Assembly (NCBI GenBank): GCA_034003345.1
Contig: JAVEYS010000004.1
Coordinates: forward strand, 1,560-65,559
DNA: 64,000 nt
Direction of reading: 5' to 3'
DNA from: Bacteroidales bacterium
Lineage (GTDB): Bacteria > Bacteroidota > Bacteroidia > Bacteroidales > VadinHA17
The notes under the pieces are model-generated. The model was not told the origin of the DNA. It worked only from the letters and a program-made list of their open reading frames with translations, and ran no database searches. The position numbers and the translations under genes are program-made. This document shows positions 28,587 through 37,568 of the stretch, in pieces. How positions within the stretch are numbered: the first letter of the stretch is position 1; each line of letters opens with the position of its first letter.

Positions 28587-28815
28587 TACGCAATAAAAAT
28601 CCCGGAACCAAAAAATATTCCTCTGAGTGGGAGGTTCTTTTCCAGGGTTTATGAAGGCCCATTCAAATACACAGAGATGTGGTGAAAGGATTTTTTCACA
28701 TGTTGCTGCCGAGCGGGGTATGAAGATTGGAAATGGTATGTGGTATAATACATGCCCCGGGTGCGCTAAAAAATACTGAAGAAATTATAACGTCATAGTT
28801 TGTAAAATAGGATGA
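28587..28815 (+). pseudogene. decayed 3' remnant of a small gene (family not named)
   Basis: Segment 1 reads IKIPEPKNIPLSGRFFSRVYEGPFKYTEMW and ends in TGA. After a +1 shift the reading continues RIFSHVAAERGMKIGNGMWYNTCPGCAKKY-TGA-RNYNVIVCKIG. The internal TGA at 28777 sits where relatives I recall have Gly (CPxCAKKYGKNY). No N-terminal part is present. Confidence 0.4.
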
Positions 28816-29076
28816 AAAACTTCAGGCGGGTTATCCTGATCTACATTTCCTGAAATTCCGATCTTCCCCGGTCAACATCCGGAGATATTCAGGCTGCATC
28901 GTGTATTGTATAAATATGCCTGACAGGCTGCTAAACAAACTACTATCAGTGTTCGTAGCCAATAAGCATTATGCTGTTGCCAGGAAAATGTGCCGATCGT
29001 TTAAATGTTTCTATTTCGGTTATTAGTCAATTTATTCACACAATAAGGCATAGAAAATCAGATAAATGATGTGCAA

Positions 29077-29134
29077 ACTAAGAAAATAGTCAAAAAATTT
29101 GTAAAAATAGTTGCATGACTAAGAAAGTAGTCAT
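29077..29134 (+). promoter_or_regulatory. two copies of a putative BlaI-family operator, the second overlapping a TAnnTTTG -7 box
   Basis: ACTAAGAAAATAGTCA lies at 29077-29092 and ACTAAGAAAGTAGTCA at 29118-29133. Each is an ACTA-N6-TAGT inverted repeat. The second extends to a 20-bp palindrome, ATGACTAAGAAAGTAGTCAT. TATATTTG at 29134-29141 lies 25 bp upstream of the blaI-like ATG. Confidence 0.5.
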
Positions 29135-29165
29135 ATATTTGCAATGGAGGATTGACAATATAAAG

Positions 29166-29552
29166 ATGAAAACAATGCAACTGACAAGAGCAGAAGAGCA
29201 GATAATGCAGATCCTGTGGGATTTGGAAGAAGGTCTGGTAAAGGATGTCAGGGATCAGTTTGCTGACCCTAAGCCGGCAAGGAATACTGTTTCAACAGTA
29301 GTCAGGATTCTGGAAAAGAAAGGTTTTGTGGATCATAAGTCTTATGGTAACGTCCATCTTTATTATCCGGTCGTTACCAAGGATGAGTATTCGCGGAGCC
29401 AGCTCTTTGGCCTTCTTGAAGGTTATTTTGACAACTCTTTTCCGACCATGGCATCATTCTTCGCACGTGAGAAGGATCTCACAGTGGCTGATCTGGAGGA
29501 GTTGCTTACTGAGACCATGGAGGAATTATCGGCAAGAAAAAGCAAGAAATGA
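29166..29552 (+). CDS. BlaI/MecI/CopY-family transcriptional repressor
   Basis: Starts MKTMQLTRAEEQIMQILW. A winged-helix region (ARNTVSTVVRILEKKGFV) is present, and the size (~128 aa) is typical. The stop overlaps the next gene's ATG as ATGA. Confidence 0.85.
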   Translation: MKTMQLTRAEEQIMQILWDLEEGLVKDVRDQFADPKPARNTVSTVVRILEKKGFVDHKSYGNVHLYYPVVTKDEYSRSQLFGLLEGYFDNSFPTMASFFAREKDLTVADLEELLTETMEELSARKSKK

Positions 29553-31336
29553 TGGAAGCAATAGGGCTTTATCTGGTTAAGTCAGCGGTCTGGACAACCG
29601 GTTTCGGGCTGGTGTATTTACTCTTCCTCAGGAATGAGAGATTTTTTCTTATGAACAGAATTTATCTGGTGGCAGGAATTCTGGCATCACTTATTCTGCC
29701 GTTGATATCGGTTAAATATTATGTTGATTTACCTGCCATACAGGCCGGTGTAACTGCCGGGACTTTGCGTGCGGGGATTGCAGGAGCCGGTTACGGCCAT
29801 GGCAAAATAATTTTTGCACTTTATGGCTTATGGCTTGCCGGGGTACTGTTTATGATAACCAGGTATATTGTACAGGTGGTTCCTGTACTGAAGGTAGCCA
29901 GAGATGCCAGGCCGGAACCGGGGTGTCCGGTACGGATTATACGGTCTGCTGAGTTTCCAAACTCATTTTCATTGTTCTCCTTTGTTGTTGTCAATCCTTC
30001 CGTTTCTGAGACTGAAGCAAAGGAGATATTGAATCATGAGATGGTGCATATTAGACAGATACACTGGCTTGATCTGATGCTTTCAGGTATTCTTTGTGCC
30101 GTTCAGTGGTTTAATCCTGCTGCCTGGGTCTATGCCCGGCTGGTTAGGCAGAACCACGAGTACCTGGCTGATGAGGAGGCGCTGCAGCGCACATCCGACC
30201 CGGCCGTCTACAGGGCTGCGCTGCTCAACCAGATTGCCGGCTCACCGCTGATTGATCTGGGTAATTTTTTCAGTTTCTCACTAAACAAAAAACGATTTAA
30301 CATGATGAAAAATAAAATAAGTTCACCTTACAGAAAGCTCAGGCTGCTGATCATCCTGCCCGTTGCCGCAATTGTGCTATATGCTTTTGCGGAACCGCAA
30401 TACAGGGTTAATGCTGCCGGAGATAACGCGGATGCGACCGTTGTGGCGCCATCGGCTAATAAGACAGTAATGGGTGTGGTCATGAGCGAGGATGGCAATC
30501 AGCTTGAGGGAGCCGTTATAGTGGTAAAGGGAACCACTGTTGGAACTGTCACAGACAAGCAGGGGCATTTTGCTCTTAAAGAAGTGCCCGACGATGCTAC
30601 ATTGATTGTCTCCTACGTCGGATATGAAACAGTGTCTGTCAGTGTGTCGGGAAAAGCTAAGATAAACATCACCATGAAGACGAAGAGTGTGATGATGGAA
30701 AAGGTTCAGGTAACACAGGATGCGCCGCCGCCGCCACCACCGCCATCCTCGGACATGCCATCACCACCACCTCCTCCACCTACTGCGAAGTCAATGAAGG
30801 ACGTCCTTATTGTGATTGACGGAGTGATAAGCGACAAAGATGTATCGGATATCTCTTCTGATGAGATTCAATCAATAAATGTTCTGAAAGATGAGTCTGC
30901 GGTGAAAGCCTACGGGCCCGAAGGCAAGAACGGCGTGATAGAGATCACTACAAAAAAAGCCACGGGCCCAAAGTCTGACGACGAGGTGGAAATCAGGACC
31001 ACCGGTAGAAACGAGACAGAAAAGGATGTCTTTGTGGTTGTGGAGAATATGCCTTTGTTTCCGGGTGGAGAGGAAGCCATGAAAGCCTGGATAGCAGACA
31101 ATGTGAAGTATCCTTCCGGTGCCGTAGACAATAAGATATCAGGTATTGTTTTGGTTCGGTTTATCGTCGGCGCTGATGGTAAGGTGTCAAATGTGAAGAT
31201 TACGAGATCAGCTCATCCCCTGCTCGATGCTGAAGCAGTAAGAGTTATAAAAAGCATGCCCGACTGGAAGCCGGGAACACAGCGGGGTAAACCTGTTGCT
31301 GTCAGTTATGTCGTGCCCGTTGAGTTCAGCCTTTAG
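29549..31336 (+). CDS. BlaR1-type M56 peptidase sensor fused to CarboxypepD_reg-like, plug-like and TonB C-terminal domains
   Basis: 595 aa. TM helices are followed by HEMVHIRQIHWLD (HExxH) and EYLADE. Next come a carboxypeptidase-regulatory-like fold (VMGVVMSEDGNQLEGAVIVVKGT, YVGYETVSV) and a Pro run (PPPPPPPSSDMPSPPPPPP). An INVLKDESAVKAYGPEGKNGVIEITTKK block precedes the TonB_C domain (MPLFPGGEEAMKAWI, KPGTQRGKPVAV). Confidence 0.85.
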   Translation: MMEAIGLYLVKSAVWTTGFGLVYLLFLRNERFFLMNRIYLVAGILASLILPLISVKYYVDLPAIQAGVTAGTLRAGIAGAGYGHGKIIFALYGLWLAGVLFMITRYIVQVVPVLKVARDARPEPGCPVRIIRSAEFPNSFSLFSFVVVNPSVSETEAKEILNHEMVHIRQIHWLDLMLSGILCAVQWFNPAAWVYARLVRQNHEYLADEEALQRTSDPAVYRAALLNQIAGSPLIDLGNFFSFSLNKKRFNMMKNKISSPYRKLRLLIILPVAAIVLYAFAEPQYRVNAAGDNADATVVAPSANKTVMGVVMSEDGNQLEGAVIVVKGTTVGTVTDKQGHFALKEVPDDATLIVSYVGYETVSVSVSGKAKINITMKTKSVMMEKVQVTQDAPPPPPPPSSDMPSPPPPPPTAKSMKDVLIVIDGVISDKDVSDISSDEIQSINVLKDESAVKAYGPEGKNGVIEITTKKATGPKSDDEVEIRTTGRNETEKDVFVVVENMPLFPGGEEAMKAWIADNVKYPSGAVDNKISGIVLVRFIVGADGKVSNVKITRSAHPLLDAEAVRVIKSMPDWKPGTQRGKPVAVSYVVPVEFSL

Positions 31337-31473
31337 GCTCTCAAGGAAGAAGTAACAGTACGCTGACCTGCATGATCTAAAGTACGGAGAAGGAGGCTAT
31401 GTCACAAGGTGAGTTCTCTCCCGTAGCAGTGAAAATGTAAAAGTACTTCATAGAGGGGACGAATTGTATCAAC

Positions 31474-31516
31474 AAAAAAGAGGTTGTCTCAGAATTACAT
31501 AGGGCAACCTCTTTTT
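31474..31516. terminator. bidirectional rho-independent terminator between convergent genes
   Basis: The sequence is aaaaaa-gaggttgtc, a loop, then ggcaacctc-ttttt. An A-run and a T-run flank a 7-10 bp stem. Confidence 0.6.
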
Positions 31517-31607
31517 ATTATCCTCGTCAAGCCATCATCACATCATATACTGCTGACCTTAAATATTTATAACAGAGTAATAGGGTCCCGAAGGCCGGCC
31601 TTTCCTG

Positions 31608-32462
31608 TTACTCTTTTGCATGATGAATGACAGTCTGCGGGAACGGGATCTCAATACCCTCCCTGTCAAAAGCTATCTTCAGCCTCTTGCGCAGTTCACC
31701 GGCAACCTCCCATTGTTTTAGCGGCTTTGTGTCGCCCAGTATCTTGACAACAATGGCTGAATCAGCAAATTCATTGACCCTGAGGAACTGTGGCGGCGAA
31801 ATGATGGAGTCCTTGAATGCAGGGTCATCAGCAAGCTCCATGCCAACCTTATTGATAACCTCAATAAGATGTTCAAGGTTTGTGTTGTAGCTGACACCTA
31901 AATCGATGTTCACCCTGGCGAAATCTTTTGACAGGTTGGAGACCTTGGTTATAGAGCCGTGAGGAATATGATGCACGGTGCCGTCCAGATTACGCAGGGT
32001 TGTCTTTCTGAGGCTTATATCCTGTACAGCGCCACTGAGTCCTTCGATATCCACAACATCACCTATGCGATACTGGTTTTCCAACATAAGGAAAAGCCCT
32101 GTGATGATATCTCTTATGAGGTATTGTCCGCCAAAACCAACAGCCAGACCTACTATACCGGCCCCTGCAATCAGCGGTCCTACTTCAATGCCTACTTCAC
32201 CCAGGATCATCATTAATGCAATTACGAAAATCACCATATTCAGAGCACCGGAGAAGATCCTTATGAGGGTATCTTCTCTTTTCTTTTCCGCCTCCGGTGT
32301 AGTGTTCTCATCTGATTTTACCGATATCCTTATCGCTCTTGCGATGATTCTCTGAAGAATTCTGTCGAGCAAAAATGAGATAATTACAATCAGTAAAATC
32401 CTAATTCCATGTGACAACAGCCAGGGAATTATCTGTTCGGACCATTTGCCTATTGTTTCCAT
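31608..32462 (-). CDS. MscS-family mechanosensitive ion channel
   Basis: 284 aa with three TM helices followed by the MscS beta-domain (YRIGDVVDIEGLSGAVQDISLRKTTLRNLDGTVHHIPHGSI). Confidence 0.85.
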   Translation of the reverse strand: METIGKWSEQIIPWLLSHGIRILLIVIISFLLDRILQRIIARAIRISVKSDENTTPEAEKKREDTLIRIFSGALNMVIFVIALMMILGEVGIEVGPLIAGAGIVGLAVGFGGQYLIRDIITGLFLMLENQYRIGDVVDIEGLSGAVQDISLRKTTLRNLDGTVHHIPHGSITKVSNLSKDFARVNIDLGVSYNTNLEHLIEVINKVGMELADDPAFKDSIISPPQFLRVNEFADSAIVVKILGDTKPLKQWEVAGELRKRLKIAFDREGIEIPFPQTVIHHAKE

Positions 32463-32694
32463 TATTATTGTGTTTATGTTGTGCTTGATATCAATTTTTC
32501 ATTCTCTCCGGGGGATCGTGCGCAATTTAATAATTCATAAGGGGCTGCCAAAACAGGAACACAAAAATCATTTAGCATGCTTTAAAACATGATATGAGCA
32601 TCATGAAAGCTTTTTATGGCCTGGCTGTGCACGAGGAACATTAAAAACGCTATTTTTGATAAGCTCAAAAAAAATTCAGATAAACAGAGAGATT

Positions 32695-33801
32695 ATGATC
32701 CTCTTAAACAGCGAAGTCGGGAATTATATTATCAGTAACGGGAAAAAGTATTCCTACTTTGCAGGAAACAATTACCTGGGTCTGGCCGCTCACCCTGATA
32801 TAAAGGCGGCAGTCATCAGGGCTGTGGAAAAGTACGGTGTCAACTTTGCGGCGTCGAGGCATACAACAGGGACGGCCGACCTGCATCTCGAGCTCGAAAG
32901 TGCACTGGCATCTTTCAAAGGAAAGGAGAATGCAGTTGTGTTTGCATCTGGCTATCAGGGGAACAGCATCCTTCTGGAGATACTCAAGGGCAGCTATTCA
33001 ATCGTCTTCATTGACCAGTCGGCTCATGCAAGCATAATAGCAGCCATTCCGGCCGATGTTGTCAAGGTTATGTATTATGATCACTGTGATCCGGATCATC
33101 TTGATTACCTGCTAGACTACAACAGGGGCTCCAATCCGCTGGTAGTGACTGACGGGATATTTGCCCTGTCAGGTGAGATAGCTCCTCTGGACAGAATCTA
33201 TCCGGTTGTAAAGAAACACAACGGGCTGCTTGTGGTGGATGATGCTCATTCCACGGGTGTTCTGGGAGCCACGGGAAAAGGAACTCCTGAACATTTCAAC
33301 CTTCCGGATGATGAAAAGATCTACCAGACCGAGACGATGAGCAAGGCCCTTGGAGGATATGGCGGTTTCATCTCCGGCAGCAATAGTATTACGACGTTGA
33401 TACGCAAACGCTCAGCCACATACCAGGCCTCAACAGCCCTTCCTCCTCCGATAGCAGCAGCGGGTATAGCCTCTGTGTCGATCATTCAGAACAATCCCGC
33501 CCTGCGTACAGAATTGCTCGACAAGGCATGGAGGCTGAGGGAGGAGGTAGTGGCATTGGGCTTTGAAACCAGCCATTACCGGACACCCATAATACCAATT
33601 ATCTTTGATGCTCCGGAAAAGGCAAGTGGTCTCTCCCAGTTCCTTGAGGATAACGGGGTGATAGCACCCTGCATGAACTATCCTGTCAGAAAGGAGATGC
33701 ATCAGATAAGAATAGCTGTATCTGTTATTCATACAGAACAGCAGATCAGTCAGTTACTAGAGTTGTTAAAAAAATGGAAAGATAATCATGGAAGCAATTA
33801 A
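32695..33801 (+). CDS. alpha-oxoamine synthase family PLP enzyme (BioF/Kbl/Spt-like; substrate unknown)
   Basis: About 368 aa from the ATG at 32695; the track ORF starts at TTG 32656. It has YFAGNNYLGL, DDAHSTGVLG and the PLP-lysine block TMSKALGGYGGF. Confidence 0.75.
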   Translation: MILLNSEVGNYIISNGKKYSYFAGNNYLGLAAHPDIKAAVIRAVEKYGVNFAASRHTTGTADLHLELESALASFKGKENAVVFASGYQGNSILLEILKGSYSIVFIDQSAHASIIAAIPADVVKVMYYDHCDPDHLDYLLDYNRGSNPLVVTDGIFALSGEIAPLDRIYPVVKKHNGLLVVDDAHSTGVLGATGKGTPEHFNLPDDEKIYQTETMSKALGGYGGFISGSNSITTLIRKRSATYQASTALPPPIAAAGIASVSIIQNNPALRTELLDKAWRLREEVVALGFETSHYRTPIIPIIFDAPEKASGLSQFLEDNGVIAPCMNYPVRKEMHQIRIAVSVIHTEQQISQLLELLKKWKDNHGSN

Positions 33802-34861
33802 GATCAGAGAAGTAATTATTGAGCCTGTAAATGTGCCACTTGACGAGCCGTTCAGGATAGCCATAGGAACAAAGTACAGTATTGAGAATGCTCTTGTAAC
33901 TGTTGTGCTTGACAATGGTATAGAAGGCTATGGTGAGGCAGCTCCTCTTGAGCCCATCAACGGTGAGAACCAGGCTACTGTGCTTGCTACACTGAACAGC
34001 TGCGTTGATTTCATTAAGGGTAAGGAGGTCTCAGAATACAGGGCAATCTCTGCAACCCTTCGAAGTGTGTTCTGGGCCCAGATTACTGCCCGGTGTGCAG
34101 TTGAGATGGCGCTCCTCGATGCATATGCCAAAGTATTGAATATACCTCTGTATCAGTTCTTCGGTGGCGCAGGCAACAAGGCTGAGACTGACTATACTAT
34201 TGACATTGTGCCACCGGAGACAGCAAAAGCCAATGCCGCCAGACTGGCCAGGGCCGGATATACAGTTCTTAAAACAAAGGTTGGCAAGAAGTTGACTGAT
34301 GATATCGATCGCCTTCTGGCAATAAAGGATGGCGCTCCCAACTGCGGATTAACAATTGATGCCAACCAGGGCTATTCGCCTTGCGAGGCAGTCCACTTCA
34401 TTGAAGAGATGGGGAAAAATAACATCAGGCCGATCCTTTTTGAACAGCCTGTTTCCAGGTATGACCTTCAGGGCATGCGCTTTGTCAAAGATCACACCTC
34501 TATACCTATCGCGGCTGACGAATCAGTCTTTACCAGTGCTGACGCAATAAATGTTGTCCGGACAGGCTGTGCCGATTTCATTAATATCAAGCTGATGAAG
34601 TCGGGTATTATTGAGGCGATGGATATAGCTGCCATTGCCCGGAGCGCAAATATAAAGCTTATGATCGGATGCATGCTTGAGACAAAACTGGCCCTGGGAT
34701 GTTCGGTACATTTTGCAGCCGGGATGGGTTGCTTTAGTCACATTGACCTTGATCCGCACATCGAACCAAACCTGGAACCGTTTACCGGAGGACCTGACTA
34801 CAAGGCTCCCTTCTATACACTCTCTCCGGATCTGCCGGGAATAGGTTGCAGCAGGAGATAG
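33788..34861 (+). CDS. enolase-superfamily dipeptide epimerase (L-Ala-D/L-Glu epimerase-like)
   Basis: 357 aa. It has the KxK block (VLKTKVG), metal ligands in TIDANQGY, FEQPV and IAADES, and a second catalytic Lys (INIKLMKSG). It overlaps the upstream gene by 14 nt. Confidence 0.8.
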   Translation: MEAIKIREVIIEPVNVPLDEPFRIAIGTKYSIENALVTVVLDNGIEGYGEAAPLEPINGENQATVLATLNSCVDFIKGKEVSEYRAISATLRSVFWAQITARCAVEMALLDAYAKVLNIPLYQFFGGAGNKAETDYTIDIVPPETAKANAARLARAGYTVLKTKVGKKLTDDIDRLLAIKDGAPNCGLTIDANQGYSPCEAVHFIEEMGKNNIRPILFEQPVSRYDLQGMRFVKDHTSIPIAADESVFTSADAINVVRTGCADFINIKLMKSGIIEAMDIAAIARSANIKLMIGCMLETKLALGCSVHFAAGMGCFSHIDLDPHIEPNLEPFTGGPDYKAPFYTLSPDLPGIGCSRR

Positions 34862-34900
34862 ATCTGCCGGGAATAAGTTGCAGCAGGAGATAGATCTGCC
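34829..34900. repeat. 32-bp tandem duplication, 2.25 copies, spanning the epimerase stop codon
   Basis: gatctgccgggaataggttgcagcaggagata (34829-34860) is followed by gatctgccgggaataagttgcagcaggagata (34861-34892) and gatctgcc. The stop TAG at 34859-34861 bridges units 1 and 2. Confidence 0.9.
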
Positions 34901-35836
34901 CGAAATTCTTAAGGAAAAGATTATCGGGGGGGGATTTTATTCCTCTCCTCGTCAGGAAGTATTTTGATCTGATAGGTTACACAGTAAGCAAGTTCATCAT
35001 CCCCGCCCGTTGATACTGAACACATACTCTATTACAGGGTTTAACTCAACATTGAGACTGAAGCTGATGCCATGTGCTGACATCTGACTGCCTAAGCCAT
35101 GAAGTGACCATTATTAACGCGGTCAGGATAAACAACGAAGATATCTTATTTAAATAATGGCCTGCCACTCCCGTTACATGACGGAACAGAAGGGAGAGGA
35201 GCTCTATTGTAACAGGCAGCGATTTGACCTTCATATTGATACAGGAAGGTTCTCCGGGTTGAAACCATGGATTTAAGTAGAAATTTACGTTACTGGTACC
35301 TGCGGAATTTAGCATTCTACTCTGAATCACATCTTAAGTCTGAATTTTAATCATGATTATCCTTCAGTTTGTCAAAATATAGAATTACACTGGCTATAGC
35401 ACATCAAGCCTCGTAATAGCCATAACAACAGGCAAATACGAGAAAGTATCTGCATGTAGGGCCCTTTCTCCCCGGAATACTTGTAAAAAGGAGTCATTTT
35501 TTGACGAATGACCCTGTGACGTGTCTGAGTCCCTTTGCAGGATTAGTGAACCTCCTTATAAATTTGATCAAAGGTTTTTTAATTATACCGGAAAGCCCAT
35601 ATAATGAGCTCAGGCGACTTGCGTCAGGTAGGTATGCGCCTTAAATTTGTAATGACTAATTGAGAAGACTAGTGAAGGTATTATTCCAGATAACATCATC
35701 AGAGACTGGCAGGGTTTTGATCAGGCGGCGTAAGATTGCAAAAGCTCTTCGGTGGTGGTTGCGTGAGAACGGGATAGCCTATTACTACAAGTATTTTGTG
35801 CAATAGAAGTTTAGTTAGAAACAAAAATATACAGAC

Positions 35837-36475
35837 ATGAATCCAGAAGTCACAGGTAACAGTTCAAATGCATTTGGCAAGAGATCCCTGAATCTGGTTG
35901 CTCAGGGTAGTATTTCGGCACTCGAGGCAAAGCTCCATCACCTCTTTTCGGAGCTTAATTCAGCGGTGCGTGATGACCTGATTAGTTATCTTGAAGGTAT
36001 GGGACTTGTAACTGAGCCGGCTCTGCTTGTCATCCCTTCATCAAGACACTATTTCTATAGTGCGGAGGACCTTAATGGTGTAAAGACTGTGGTCAATCTT
36101 AAGCAGCTGAACTATGTAAGGGAGATAAGGGAGTTTCTGCGTAAAGTATCAGAGATTATGCCTCAGGAGAGCAGTTTTGTGGGGTGTTTCATAGACAATC
36201 GATCACAGACCGGTTTTGCTGACAAATACAGCAATCTGCCCAGAGGCCTGTCAAAGAGGGCTGAAGCATATGAGAATGGCATTGATTCGAGGATACCTTT
36301 CATAAACCGTATGTACAGCTTCATCGATCTTAAAACCAACAGGTACCTTACAAAAAAGACAGTAACGACTCTTCTGAGGGAGAGCAACCTGGAACTGCTG
36401 GGAATGACTGAGGTTAACGGACTGACCTATTTCCATTCAAAAAAGAGAAAGGCTCAGATCGGGCTTATTGCATGA
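35837..36475 (+). CDS. hypothetical cytoplasmic protein
   Basis: 212 aa with no signal peptide. I recognise no catalytic motif. Confidence 0.55.
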   Translation: MNPEVTGNSSNAFGKRSLNLVAQGSISALEAKLHHLFSELNSAVRDDLISYLEGMGLVTEPALLVIPSSRHYFYSAEDLNGVKTVVNLKQLNYVREIREFLRKVSEIMPQESSFVGCFIDNRSQTGFADKYSNLPRGLSKRAEAYENGIDSRIPFINRMYSFIDLKTNRYLTKKTVTTLLRESNLELLGMTEVNGLTYFHSKKRKAQIGLIA

Positions 36476-36536
36476 TCATGAGAAGAACAGATAAAACATA
36501 ATATTGAATCAATAACTAAAAAAATAATTGGCTGAG

Positions 36537-37499
36537 ATGAAAAGACTAGGTTATATATTAGGAGCGCTTGTAGTGGTAGCGGCACTTTTTTCCTGCGAGC
36601 AGGATGAAAATGAAATAATGCTTAAGAAGGCAGATGCCGAAGCAGCTGTCACAACGGCACCTACTGCAACCGGTTTAAGCCCGGTGATTATTTCCGGAGC
36701 CAACAACGGCGGAAACAGAACATGTGCTGAGGTGGCTGCAGCATTCGGGCTTCCTGAAGGGTATTTTCTCTGCGGAGAGAAGATCGATTATTCAGGAGGT
36801 AAATTTATGGGTGAGTTCCCTGACGGTCTTATGGTGGACGTGCAGGATGGTAAATTTGTCTCCTTTAAAATGGAAGAGCCTCTGACGATCGGTGATAAGA
36901 AGTACATCGTGGGTGCTGTCATTGTCAAGGGCGGCAATGCTGCCAACGTATACTACTACCCGGGCGGAATAATGGAAGATAACGGTCTGGTTTCTCCTGT
37001 TAACAATTCCGGCAAGCCGGCAGGTCTGAGCAATCTCACTTTCTGCCTCATGGAGCAGCATACTGAACTGGTAATAGCCATGAAAACGTACCTTGCCAAA
37101 CCAATAGCAGGCGAACCTGTTACTTATACCAGGAAAGTGGCATGGGCCGTAAGCGATGGGCTGGGGGTAGATCCCGCACCGGATGCCCTTCACATTGGAT
37201 ATAACTATTATTATTCCGACGGTGAAAATCAATTCACCCTTATGGAGGCCACACTGTCAACCATTGTCGGACCGATAGGAACGATCAAGGCTGATGACTA
37301 CTGGGAGAATGATGTTCACTACCTGAGGGTGGTGATTACTCTCTCCAATGGCAACCTGGTATTTGACGACACTTATCTCTATGTAGGCTCCTACAAGGGC
37401 TATGAGAACAGGTACTTTACCAGCTTCCCATTCAAGGCAATAGACAAAATGGCTGAGCAGAGGGTGTTCATAATAGACTTCAGCGAGATACTGCTTTAA
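36537..37499 (+). CDS. hypothetical lipoprotein
   Basis: Starts MKRLGYILGALVVVAALFSC-EQ (lipobox-like Cys). About 320 aa, beta-rich, with 4 further Cys. I recognise no family. Confidence 0.65.
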   Translation: MKRLGYILGALVVVAALFSCEQDENEIMLKKADAEAAVTTAPTATGLSPVIISGANNGGNRTCAEVAAAFGLPEGYFLCGEKIDYSGGKFMGEFPDGLMVDVQDGKFVSFKMEEPLTIGDKKYIVGAVIVKGGNAANVYYYPGGIMEDNGLVSPVNNSGKPAGLSNLTFCLMEQHTELVIAMKTYLAKPIAGEPVTYTRKVAWAVSDGLGVDPAPDALHIGYNYYYSDGENQFTLMEATLSTIVGPIGTIKADDYWENDVHYLRVVITLSNGNLVFDDTYLYVGSYKGYENRYFTSFPFKAIDKMAEQRVFIIDFSEILL

Positions 37500-37531
37500 T
37501 AAGGTCTTAGAACACTGTTCATTTCATAGAG

Positions 37532-37568
37532 AGGCTGTCTTCATAAGGTGAGGGCAGCCTTTTTTTTA
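37532..37568 (+). terminator. rho-independent terminator after the lipoprotein gene
   Basis: The stem aggctgtc / ggcagcct is followed by a T7 run. Confidence 0.55.

Noticed and set aside
30715-30790. GC-rich low-complexity DNA (gccgccgccaccaccgcc...) as a possible repeat element
   Set aside because: It encodes the PPPPPPP...PPPPPP spacer typical of TonB-type proteins, in frame within the BlaR1-TonB fusion.
35046-35330. 94-aa minus-strand ORF in the gene-poor region
   Set aside because: It has no motif, no plausible start context and an odd composition. I treat the region as non-coding or decayed (see the finding at 34901).
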